Source: an uncultured Candidatus Saccharibacteria bacterium
GTDB taxonomy: Bacteria; Patescibacteriota; Minisyncoccia; Phycocordibacterales; DATDWN01
DNA length: 64,000 nt
Direction: 5' to 3'
NCBI GenBank assembly: GCA_964391455.1
Contig: CAYMJQ010000002.1
Span: 12,688 to 76,687, forward strand
This document shows, piece by piece, positions 1 to 8,591 of the stretch (position 1 is its first letter; every line of letters begins with the position of its first letter). The notes below the pieces were generated by a model. The model made no database searches. It worked only from the letters and a program-made list of their open reading frames with translations, and had not been told where the DNA came from. A program made the translations under genes and the position numbers.

Positions 1-121
1 GGTGTGTACAAGTTACAAGTTCATAAAATTAAAGGTGTGTAAAGTAAACAATTCTTGTCGCTTTTGATTTTTATTTATTTATTAATTAAACTTTCAACTT
101 TATAACTTTATAACCAATATT

Positions 122-259
122 ATGTCTTTCACATACAAACCAAAAAAAAGAAAAAGATCAAAAACACATGGTTTTTTGACTAGAAGTAAGTCAAAAACAG
201 GCTCAAAAACACTTTTAAGAAGAAGAAGGAAAGGAAGAGCTAAACTATCTACTGTTTAA
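122..259 (+). CDS. rpmH: 50S ribosomal protein L34
   Basis: My translation is [45 protein letters not shown] (45 aa), a canonical L34 sequence. The ORF is below the track's length cutoff. It sits directly upstream of rnpA, as in the conserved rpmH-rnpA-yidC arrangement. Confidence 0.85.
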   Translation: MSFTYKPKKRKRSKTHGFLTRSKSKTGSKTLLRRRRKGRAKLSTV

Positions 260-290
260 TTATAAGGCTCTATAAAGCCGTATAAAATAA

Positions 291-632
291 ATGTTAAAAA
301 AAAACAGAAGAATACAGAGGTCGTATTTTAAAAAAATAATAACAGAATCAAAGAGGTATCACTCAACCTCTTTTGTTTTATATTTATCAAAAATAAACAA
401 CAATACCACTCCTAGTAAATTTTCTTTTTCTATATCAAAAAAAATACTTAAATCTGCTGTAAAAAGAAACAAACAAAGAAGAAGGGCTTATTCTGTTATA
501 AAAAATGATTTGGAAAAAATAAAACCCGGATTTTTTTGTTTTTTTGTTTTTAAAAAAGGATTTCATGAAAAATTTTCAGATTTAGAAAAAGATATTAAGG
601 GGTTACTTTCTTCATCTGGTGTGTTAATATAG
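291..632 (+). CDS. rnpA: RNase P protein component
   Basis: A 113-aa basic protein in the position between rpmH and yidC, with a K/R-rich pattern typical of RnpA. Confidence 0.8.
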   Translation: MLKKNRRIQRSYFKKIITESKRYHSTSFVLYLSKINNNTTPSKFSFSISKKILKSAVKRNKQRRRAYSVIKNDLEKIKPGFFCFFVFKKGFHEKFSDLEKDIKGLLSSSGVLI

Positions 633-637
633 TCATC

Positions 638-1357
638 ATGATTACAATATTTAACACACTTGTATCCGAACCTCTTTATAGCACTCTTATATTTTTAATA
701 AACAAAATGCCCTTTTTTGATGTGGGTGTTGTAATAATTATATTTACAATACTAACAAAAATAGTTCTATTACCTCTTTCAATAAAAGCATCAAAATCTC
801 AATTAGAGATGAAAAATGCTGAAAAAGACATAAATCTTATAAAAGAAAAATATAAAGATAGCCCAGAACAAGGTTTGAAAATAATGGATTATTACAAAGA
901 AAAAGGAATAAATCCATTTATAGCTATTTTTATTGTTTTTATACAAATTCCTATTCTTATAGGTCTTTATAGAGTGTTTTTAAATCTTCCAGAAATAAAA
1001 ACAGATTGGTTGTATGGTTTTATAGAAATACCGTCATCCATAAATATGTTGTTTTTAGGTTTAATAGATATATCAGAAAAAAGTATTGTGCTAGCTGTTT
1101 TGGTTGGTGTAACAACTTATTTACAAACAAGCTTGGCTACTTCTAAGTCCGGAGAAGAAAAACAAACAAATAAAGAGGGGGATTTTGCAAAAGCAATGTC
1201 TTTTCAAATGAAGTATTTTTTACCACCACTTATTGCTGTTATTATTTACAACGTATCTTCAGCGGTAGCACTATATCTTTTGGTAAGTAACATATTCTCT
1301 ATTGTTCAAGAGTATTATATAAAACAAAAATATCACAAATCTATTGCAGTTGTTTAG
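638..1357 (+). CDS. yidC: membrane protein insertase YidC/Oxa1 (short form)
   Basis: A 239-aa polytopic membrane protein following rnpA, with a conserved YidC core (…INPFIAIFIVFIQIPILIGLYRVF…). Confidence 0.85.
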   Translation: MITIFNTLVSEPLYSTLIFLINKMPFFDVGVVIIIFTILTKIVLLPLSIKASKSQLEMKNAEKDINLIKEKYKDSPEQGLKIMDYYKEKGINPFIAIFIVFIQIPILIGLYRVFLNLPEIKTDWLYGFIEIPSSINMLFLGLIDISEKSIVLAVLVGVTTYLQTSLATSKSGEEKQTNKEGDFAKAMSFQMKYFLPPLIAVIIYNVSSAVALYLLVSNIFSIVQEYYIKQKYHKSIAVV

Positions 1358-1358
1358 T

Positions 1359-2597
1359 TTATTTGGTCAAATCTAAGCTCCACAAAGATCCATCTCTTTT
1401 ATTTATAAACACTAAAAACTGTTCGTTTGTTGAAAGTATAGGTTTTATTACATCTATCGCTTCACCCCCCTCTGATTCAAGGTTTGAAATTATTTGGGAA
1501 GTTAAGTTTAGAGTATCAAATACCCAAACATCATCACTATATTGAACCAAACCTTTATACCAATTTGTTAGACTTCCACTCCTTATTACATCCCTAGGTA
1601 CTGCACAGTATATTATGTTTGTGTCTTCGTTACTCCAAACACATTTTTCTGGAAATGTTTCTGGGGTTAAGAGACTGTTTGTTTTCTGGTTGTTATCGTA
1701 TAAAAACATATTAAATTCTGATCCTTGTCTTAAATATAAAATCTTTGAAGCATTATTATTTACCAAAGAAGAAAGACCTTTTATGTTGCCTAGTATTTTT
1801 CTAAAAGAAGCGTTTGTTACATCCAAAAAATACAAGAACCCGTCAGTTCCCTCTTCTGGTTTTGTGTTTAGTGCAACAATTCTAGAGTTAACGTATTGAG
1901 AATTAAATTCTTTTACAGGAGAGTTAATTACTAGTATTCTGTTTCCACCACTAAAATTTGATGTGTACCCAATAGAACCATTTTGACTTTTCTCTATATA
2001 AAATACACTATTGTTAAAAACAGATAAATCATAAATGTTTGCCGGGAATGCTATTCCAGATACAGTATTTTCAGTAGTGGTGCTTATCTCTCCAAGTGTT
2101 ATAGAAAAAGTATCTACAGTTTCATCATCATCTTTCAAGTATCTTGCCATTATGGAATTTCCATTATTTCCCCAGACAGCATCATAAATTCTTGGTATTG
2201 TTGTATTAGATATCCTGCCTTGTCTTGGAGAGAACAATTCTACCTCAAATATGTGTCCGGTAGCTTTTTCTATATAACGAACTATCGTCCCTGCTCTTAT
2301 ATCCAAAACTCCTGCCCCAGCTACAGGTTCAGAAGATATTTTTCTCAGTCTTTTTTGGAAATCCGTATTTTCCTCTTCGTCTATTATTGGATTTTCTTCT
2401 GGAAAATTATTATTATCTATTAATCCACCATCTTCACCCCCGAATGGGAAAAAGTTTTTAAATACATTTGTGATACCCCCATCTGTTTGGGGATTTCTTG
2501 TTCTTGTAAAATAATACCCTATAAGTACAGCAAGTATTATGCTTAGTACAACAAATATTATAATGTAGGTTTTTTTTGACATGATTTTTAAGTGCAA
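1359..2597 (-). CDS. hypothetical N-terminally anchored exported protein, last gene of the T4SS-like operon
   Basis: A 412-aa protein with a single N-terminal TM helix followed by a Ser/Thr/Asn-rich extracytoplasmic domain. Its start overlaps the stop of the upstream gene (2588/2597), indicating translational coupling. Confidence 0.5.
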   Translation of the reverse strand: MHLKIMSKKTYIIIFVVLSIILAVLIGYYFTRTRNPQTDGGITNVFKNFFPFGGEDGGLIDNNNFPEENPIIDEEENTDFQKRLRKISSEPVAGAGVLDIRAGTIVRYIEKATGHIFEVELFSPRQGRISNTTIPRIYDAVWGNNGNSIMARYLKDDDETVDTFSITLGEISTTTENTVSGIAFPANIYDLSVFNNSVFYIEKSQNGSIGYTSNFSGGNRILVINSPVKEFNSQYVNSRIVALNTKPEEGTDGFLYFLDVTNASFRKILGNIKGLSSLVNNNASKILYLRQGSEFNMFLYDNNQKTNSLLTPETFPEKCVWSNEDTNIIYCAVPRDVIRSGSLTNWYKGLVQYSDDVWVFDTLNLTSQIISNLESEGGEAIDVIKPILSTNEQFLVFINKRDGSLWSLDLTK

Positions 2598-3553
2598 GAA
2601 TTAGGTGCATTTACCTGATAATTATATACTGAAAAATGAGGTGCTGTTATTCTCGGTCTACCTGTTTGTGGGTCAGGTCCTATAACACGTATCGGTCCCC
2701 TATATGGAACAAAAGGTGTACCATCAGGGTTTCTTCTCGGTGTTCTACCATCAATATTTACTGTACTTATTAGATTCCGACACTCTTCAAATGTTGCTAC
2801 TTCAAATACCGGATACATATTACTTTGTCTAGCTTTTTCATAAAAATTATTTAAACCAGAAGGAGATCTGTCTATCGGGTTTCCGTCAATACAAGTCCCA
2901 TTACTATGACAACCAGATTGGTGTTGTACCGTTTGATTATAACCACCTTCCGTTATATACCAAGTACCTTCCCCCATTAATGCGTGGAAATTTTGAAGAT
3001 TTTGCATCATTCCTGCTGATACCCCAGAGTGAGATGCTCTAAGAGCGGGTAATCCTGATCCAGCAAAAGGAACACATCCACCAGGGCACCCAGTCGGTGG
3101 TATAACAGGGATTACAGGTGAATCTGTCGGCTCGACAGTAGGTCTTTCTATAAGAATATTAAAGCTTAGTATCTGGGGGTTTATTGTATTAAGAATAACA
3201 TATGAACCTATCACCAAAAGCAATCCTAGAACCGCATTTTCTATGTATTCTCTTCCTTGTTGTTTGCCACTTAAAGCGTCAGATGTTGCATATAGAACAC
3301 CACCTAATGTAATAAAAATAAAAGCCAAAGCAACAGCAATTCCAACAGTTAAATTAAACGCTGCTGGCAGGTAGGTACTAAGGTTTGTTCTTCCGTTTTC
3401 AGCACCTATACCTGGAAGAGGTGCTATAACCTCATAATCTCTTGGTCCTGTTGGCTCTGTTTGTGCAAAAGAAAAAGAAAACAAACTAAAAAACAAAAAA
3501 ACAGCTATAAATATTTTTATAAAAAAACTTTTTTTTGTTAAATTATTTTTCAT
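2588..3553 (-). CDS. VirB2/TrbC-like pilin-type membrane hairpin fused to a Cys-rich C-terminal domain
   Basis: Signal peptide, then two hydrophobic helices separated by a short loop (…LPAAFNLTVGIAVALAFIFITLGG…GLLLVIGSYVILNTI…), as in the T4SS pilin architecture. A ~180-aa Cys/Gly/Pro-rich soluble domain follows. Confidence 0.45.
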   Translation of the reverse strand: MKNNLTKKSFFIKIFIAVFLFFSLFSFSFAQTEPTGPRDYEVIAPLPGIGAENGRTNLSTYLPAAFNLTVGIAVALAFIFITLGGVLYATSDALSGKQQGREYIENAVLGLLLVIGSYVILNTINPQILSFNILIERPTVEPTDSPVIPVIPPTGCPGGCVPFAGSGLPALRASHSGVSAGMMQNLQNFHALMGEGTWYITEGGYNQTVQHQSGCHSNGTCIDGNPIDRSPSGLNNFYEKARQSNMYPVFEVATFEECRNLISTVNIDGRTPRRNPDGTPFVPYRGPIRVIGPDPQTGRPRITAPHFSVYNYQVNAPNSCT

Positions 3554-4593
3554 TATCTTTTAAATGTTAAATTTACACTCCTTGTTGAAGATTGGAGTAG
3601 TTTTTCTAAATTTTCTATAGACAAAGATATGTTAGATGTTCCAGAAACCCCTTCTTGTTTTCTAAATGTCTGATTTCTGTCACCCTGAACAGAAACAGGA
3701 GTTCCGTTTATTAACCATTTGTAGAGCATGGACTGATCGTTGTTTTGGTTATCAAAAAAATAAGGAACAGCGTGTATTGATATTTCGTTGGAATTTCCAA
3801 AATCTTCTTCCGCAACTAAGGCTTTTTGAAACTGTATACCATAGACTGGGTCTTTTTTATAAAACTGTATTGTTGGTTCATTTGGTATTAGTGTAATATT
3901 TGCAAAACCTAAACCAGGTCCAGTTTGAGGTGTAACCTCAACAGATATATTGATATTTCTTGATATTAAAGGACTTTCAAATGTATAAACATTTTTACCG
4001 AATCCAGAAGCACTTTCAATAAAGGATCCGTTTCTTGTCCACCGGTAAATCATATTTCTAGGATTCATTTCTACACCATTTTCATTTCTTATGTGCGGTA
4101 TGGCTATTATTGATATTGTGTTTTGGTGTGAAAAAAGAGCTTTTCCTTTATAAAATGGTGGAACATAACCACTACTTTGCCATATTAAGTCTACACTTGT
4201 TGGGACAAAAGAATAGTTTTTTTCTATAACAGAGCCAGAGCTTCCAGTCGCTGTTATATCAAGATTTGTTCTCTCCCCTTCTCTCCCCATTGTGAAACTG
4301 AAATTTTTCTCACCAATACCACTTTTTATTACTCTTCCATTAACTCTCCAAGTAAAATTTAAAGAATCAACATCTAAGGAAAAACTTTTTGCGGTAACAT
4401 AAACAAGTTCATTTGCTTTTGGTATTTCCGGAACAAATTCAATGATTAAGTTTGTGTCCGAATTACTAAAAACTTGAGAATTTACCGTACTATTTAATCC
4501 AAAAAATAATACAGTTATTAGAAATAAAATAGAAAAATATCTCATGTTTATAATAATATCATAGTCTAAATTTTGTGTTTTTTTGTTATTCAC
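3553..4593 (-). CDS. secreted hypothetical protein (T4SS-locus)
   Basis: A 346-aa protein with an N-terminal signal/TM segment and a mostly beta-rich Asn/Ser/Thr composition. It overlaps its neighbours by 1 nt. Confidence 0.5.
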   Translation of the reverse strand: MNNKKTQNLDYDIIINMRYFSILFLITVLFFGLNSTVNSQVFSNSDTNLIIEFVPEIPKANELVYVTAKSFSLDVDSLNFTWRVNGRVIKSGIGEKNFSFTMGREGERTNLDITATGSSGSVIEKNYSFVPTSVDLIWQSSGYVPPFYKGKALFSHQNTISIIAIPHIRNENGVEMNPRNMIYRWTRNGSFIESASGFGKNVYTFESPLISRNINISVEVTPQTGPGLGFANITLIPNEPTIQFYKKDPVYGIQFQKALVAEEDFGNSNEISIHAVPYFFDNQNNDQSMLYKWLINGTPVSVQGDRNQTFRKQEGVSGTSNISLSIENLEKLLQSSTRSVNLTFKR

Positions 4594-4595
4594 AA

Positions 4596-4973
4596 TTAAT
4601 TCTTGATATTTTTTGTTGCCACATTAATTCCCTTTGCTAACAAAGGGTTTTTTTCTGCTAAATCTTTTACTCTGGTTGTTGCTATTAAGAAAACTACAGC
4701 TACGGTCCATCCTGGAAGTATGTTTATATAAGGTATGGTTTCAATTAACCAACCTAAACCTAAGGAACCTAGTCTTTTTAAGGTTATCATATTTATTCCA
4801 TACATATGGAACCATAACCAAAATGTCATAAATACAAAAAAACTTACAATAGCTGCAAGTATATTACCCACAAGTGGTATCCAACCCGTTAAAGCTTGAA
4901 GGGTGTCAAAAAATAACGCTGTAAGAGTCATCAAAAAACCCGTGCCGAATTTTATTTGTGTTTCCTTTTTCAT
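4596..4973 (-). CDS. small polytopic membrane protein (T4SS-locus)
   Basis: A 125-aa protein with 3-4 predicted TM helices, immediately downstream of the VirB4 ATPase gene. Confidence 0.5.
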   Translation of the reverse strand: MKKETQIKFGTGFLMTLTALFFDTLQALTGWIPLVGNILAAIVSFFVFMTFWLWFHMYGINMITLKRLGSLGLGWLIETIPYINILPGWTVAVVFLIATTRVKDLAEKNPLLAKGINVATKNIKN

Positions 4974-6785
4974 TTAACTACTATTTTCTAAATCTGCTCT
5001 AGCTCTTTTTATAGACAAAACCTGAGATGGGTCAGAGGTTATAATCTGGTCTTCGGTATAAGAAGCTATTATTTTTATAGCTACATGTTTTAGCCCAGCA
5101 AAGAATATCCCTTCCCCAACATCTGATTCTAGAAGAAGATATTTTTCTTCATCAGTAAGACTAAATACTTGTTGTAATTTATCTATTGCAGTCGGAGATT
5201 GTTTTAGAAGTATTTGTATTGATGAGTTCGTTACTATAGGAACTCCATATGGAGATTTCATAAAATCATCAACATCTTGGGTTATGGTCGCAAGACCCAA
5301 ATAATATTTTCTTCCTCTTTTTGCCAAAGAAAGCAAAAAAGATGCAGTGTCTTCGGATTTCATCATCCACCAAGCTTCATCTATAACCAAGAGTCTTTTC
5401 TTTAGTTTTTTTCTTATCATGTTCCATATATAGTGCATGATTATGTACATAGCTATAGGTTTTAATTCATCTTCCATGTCCCGCAGAGAGAAAACTATAA
5501 ACTTTTTATTGATATCAATATTACTAGGTCTGTTTATAAAACCAGCCCATGTTCCTCTGGTGTATTTTGTAAGTCTTTGTGCTAGAGAACTACCACCTTC
5601 CATACCAGATAAAACCAATTCAAAATCAGAAAGTAGAGGAGGCTCTATGTTTTCAAAATTTGAATCAGCCGTAATATCTTTCAAGGCGTAAGTTTCTGTT
5701 ATAGCTCTATCTATAATCGCATCTTCTTCTGGTGTAAGCCCACCCATCATTAGTCTAAACAAACCAACCAAATTTATAATATTTGATCTCAAAACACTTG
5801 CAAAAGATTCATCTTCTCCTGGTGTTGGTATTTCAAAAGGGTTTATGTGGTGTTCAGAGTTTAGAGAAATGTTAAAATATCTACCACCAACAGCTTCTGA
5901 TAAATATTCATATTCCCTTTCTGGGTCAATAACCATCACATCTGTATCAAACATCAGTGTTCTTAGTATCTCTAGTTTTGTTGCATAAGATTTCCCAGCA
6001 CCAGATTTTGCAAAAGTTATAGAGTTGTAGTTTTCCAGTGTAAACCTATCAAACAAAACCAGAGAAGAGTTGTGTCTGTTTATACCATAAAGTATTCCAT
6101 TATCTGAGGTCAGGTCAAATGATATAAATGGAAACAGTGAAGATAGTGGAGAAGAGTTTAATTTGCTGTAAACCTCTAGTCCGTCTGTAGCTATTGGTAT
6201 TGCTGCTTTGAAAGCTTGTTCTTGTTGGAAGAGTGCTGGCTTTAGATATACAAGTTTTGCTTCTAGAATAGATTTTATTTCCGATTCTACTTTATCTAGC
6301 TCATCACTTGTATTTGCATACATTGTTATATAAAGACCCACATCAAACAACCTTTCTTGTGCTTGTTGCAAGTTGTCTCTTAGATTTTCTAGGTCTTGAT
6401 ATGCGGTATCCAGCATAGGGTCTCTTACGAGCCCTTTGGCTTCTCTTGCGTTTATCTGACTTTGTACTTCAGCCACTTTCTTTTGAAAAGTTCTTAGAAC
6501 GTTTGCTGTATCTATTGGTTTTACAAAAATAGAAACATCAAAAATTTTATCTAGATTTATAATTGGCGCAAACCAACTATCTGAAAGATATCTTGGATAA
6601 GATATGACAAAAAAGCTTCTTAAAACTTTCTCTCCGAGGTTAATTTCCTTAGGTGATACTTTTAAAGCACTTGGAGCTATAACATCTTTTAATTCAAGAC
6701 TGCTTGAATCATATATTTCTTGAGGCAAGATTGTTGAAATCTCCCTTTCCTCTTTTTTTGTTTTTAAAAAATCAAATATTCCCAT
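4974..6785 (-). CDS. virB4: VirB4/TrbE/CagE-family T4SS ATPase, central and C-terminal ATPase part
   Basis: Walker A GAGKSY (…FAKSGAGKSYATK…) and the VirB4-type Walker B LLVIDEAWWMM. The 603-aa protein lacks the family's N-terminal domain, which is encoded by the upstream ORF. Confidence 0.8.
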   Translation of the reverse strand: MGIFDFLKTKKEEREISTILPQEIYDSSSLELKDVIAPSALKVSPKEINLGEKVLRSFFVISYPRYLSDSWFAPIINLDKIFDVSIFVKPIDTANVLRTFQKKVAEVQSQINAREAKGLVRDPMLDTAYQDLENLRDNLQQAQERLFDVGLYITMYANTSDELDKVESEIKSILEAKLVYLKPALFQQEQAFKAAIPIATDGLEVYSKLNSSPLSSLFPFISFDLTSDNGILYGINRHNSSLVLFDRFTLENYNSITFAKSGAGKSYATKLEILRTLMFDTDVMVIDPEREYEYLSEAVGGRYFNISLNSEHHINPFEIPTPGEDESFASVLRSNIINLVGLFRLMMGGLTPEEDAIIDRAITETYALKDITADSNFENIEPPLLSDFELVLSGMEGGSSLAQRLTKYTRGTWAGFINRPSNIDINKKFIVFSLRDMEDELKPIAMYIIMHYIWNMIRKKLKKRLLVIDEAWWMMKSEDTASFLLSLAKRGRKYYLGLATITQDVDDFMKSPYGVPIVTNSSIQILLKQSPTAIDKLQQVFSLTDEEKYLLLESDVGEGIFFAGLKHVAIKIIASYTEDQIITSDPSQVLSIKRARADLENSS

Positions 6786-6789
6786 ATTT

Positions 6790-7425
6790 TTATTGTGATT
6801 TTATTGGTTTTTCTGTTTCACCAGGATTGAATATTTTATAAAATAATTCTATAACCTCTTCTGTTCCAAGTCTTATAACTCTGATACCGCAACGAGAAAG
6901 ACCTTGTTCTACGACAGAAACCCTCTGTTCTAATTGAGTCCTGTTTTCTTCAAAAGTAGCTTCTTTTCTCATTTTTTCTTCTTCACTAGATGTTCTTTTG
7001 AAAAAAGAAGGTGTGCCACCCTTTATGTTTATAAGTGCTGGGTCATAAGGAACAACTATAAAAAAACTTTTTGTCATTATATTTGTAGTTTCTGTAAATT
7101 TTCTTATGAATTCTATATATTCTTTAGTTTGGATTTTCATTAAATCATTTACTTGTTCTTTGTATCTTTCTTCAAGTAGGGCTATGTAGGGCCTTATATC
7201 CAGTCTTCTTGACTGTATTGATATTTGCACGGGGAAATCAAGTGAATTTAAAAAATCTTGGAACTGTAGAATTATGGCCCTTCTTTCATCTTCAGATTTG
7301 AGACTAAAGTTTAGAGAAGATGTTAGGATAACAGCCCTCATGGTATCATCTTTTAAAATAGCGATACCGTCTCTGACTTCTTTTATCGGGACAAACTCTT
7401 GTGTACTTTTAGCATTTACCGCCAT
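6790..7425 (-). CDS. VirB4 N-terminal domain, encoded as a separate upstream cistron
   Basis: The 211-aa protein begins …EFVPIKEVRDGIAILKDDTMRAVILTSSLNFSLKSEDERRAIILQFQDFLNSL…, resembling the N-termini of Gram-positive VirB4 homologues (TraE/Orf16/PrgJ type). Its TAA stop is followed by 4 nt and then the ATG of the ATPase ORF. Confidence 0.6.
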   Translation of the reverse strand: MAVNAKSTQEFVPIKEVRDGIAILKDDTMRAVILTSSLNFSLKSEDERRAIILQFQDFLNSLDFPVQISIQSRRLDIRPYIALLEERYKEQVNDLMKIQTKEYIEFIRKFTETTNIMTKSFFIVVPYDPALINIKGGTPSFFKRTSSEEEKMRKEATFEENRTQLEQRVSVVEQGLSRCGIRVIRLGTEEVIELFYKIFNPGETEKPIKSQ

Positions 7426-7455
7426 AAAATTTATTATAACACAGTAAAATATAAT

Positions 7456-7890
7456 TTATTTTGTTTTTACACCACTTTTACTTGTTAAAGGATTTAAATT
7501 TTCATTTACATCCAATGACCAAGACATTTCTTTTAATTTACTATCAGAAAGTTTAGGAACGTATACTTGTTTTTGGCTTTTTATAACATCTTCTGTTTTT
7601 TGTATTTTTTTCTGTTCTTTTTTCCAAATATATAAATTTTGTTTGGTGTAAAAAACAAAAGCAGCTTCAAGAAAATCTATGAAAGGTTTGTTGTTTATTT
7701 TGTAAAATGCTAAAGCCAGTGATAGTGGGATTATTATTGCAATAATTAAAATACTTAATAGAAAAGGTAAATAATTGTATACAACAAAACACATGCCAAC
7801 ACCACCAGCTAAATAAACAAATTGTTTTATGGTGAAAGGTCCAACGATTTTGTCTTCTACATCTATAAATTGTGGGACTTGATATCGCAT
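7456..7890 (-). CDS. PrgI/VirB3-like small membrane protein
   Basis: The N-terminal motif MRYQVPQFIDVEDKIVGPFTIKQFVYLAGG is followed by two TM helices. This pattern and the position upstream of VirB4 match PrgI-family proteins. Confidence 0.55.
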   Translation of the reverse strand: MRYQVPQFIDVEDKIVGPFTIKQFVYLAGGVGMCFVVYNYLPFLLSILIIAIIIPLSLALAFYKINNKPFIDFLEAAFVFYTKQNLYIWKKEQKKIQKTEDVIKSQKQVYVPKLSDSKLKEMSWSLDVNENLNPLTSKSGVKTK

Positions 7891-7970
7891 GATTATAAAT
7901 TTTACAGTTTTTAGTTTCTGGTGACTAGTGGATATACAAAAACTAAAAATTAATTACTATATAAAAACAA

Positions 7971-8588
7971 TTATTCCAGCGGCTCTCTGTAAGGATCCTT
8001 TTCATATTTTTTAATTGATTCTGCGGAATTTGTTGTGGTGTTTAATTTTTTTTCTAATATAGGGTTTTGAATATTTGAACTTGCTTGTTGTCCATATCTA
8101 GGGACACCGATTGTTTGTTTGTCTAAAACTTCATTTTGAAATACTGGTTTTGGTACAGGATTAACTCTTAAAGGCTCATTTTCTTCTATCATAGGGAGGT
8201 TTTCAGGTTTTAACTCTAGCTGGGTACTAGAAGACATCAATTTTTCTTTGTTTTCGGTATTTTCTGATGAATTTTTTTCTAACCCTTCTTTTTCTATTTG
8301 TTTTAAAGCATGGTCAAACACTCTATTTTCTAAATCTTCCAAGATTTGTTCAGCAAGAAGTTTGGATATATTTAAGTCAGAAATCATATTTGATAAAAAA
8401 TTATTGGGTTTTTCTAGTCCAACTAAAATAAGTACAACAGAATCAGTCAAGTTGTTTGTTTGTTCTTCATTAAGTCCGTATTTTTTACATATTTCTATAA
8501 CTTTTTCTTCCCAATCACTATTAAAAACAAAATCTTTAATAGGCTTAGGTAGATTTTCTATGTAGTTATTGTATGTATTTTTGTCCAT
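7971..8588 (-). CDS. acidic hypothetical protein (T4SS-locus)
   Basis: A 205-aa Glu/Asn-rich protein with no TM segment, carried in the operon. Confidence 0.45.
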   Translation of the reverse strand: MDKNTYNNYIENLPKPIKDFVFNSDWEEKVIEICKKYGLNEEQTNNLTDSVVLILVGLEKPNNFLSNMISDLNISKLLAEQILEDLENRVFDHALKQIEKEGLEKNSSENTENKEKLMSSSTQLELKPENLPMIEENEPLRVNPVPKPVFQNEVLDKQTIGVPRYGQQASSNIQNPILEKKLNTTTNSAESIKKYEKDPYREPLE

Positions 8589-8591
8589 ATT

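Noticed and set aside
1363-2423. Plus-strand ORFs (1363..1545, 1615..1899, 2220..2423) inside the 1359..2597 minus-strand gene
   Set aside because: They are antisense to a long, well-formed ORF. They are AT-rich low-complexity translations with no signals, which is typical shadow-ORF behaviour.
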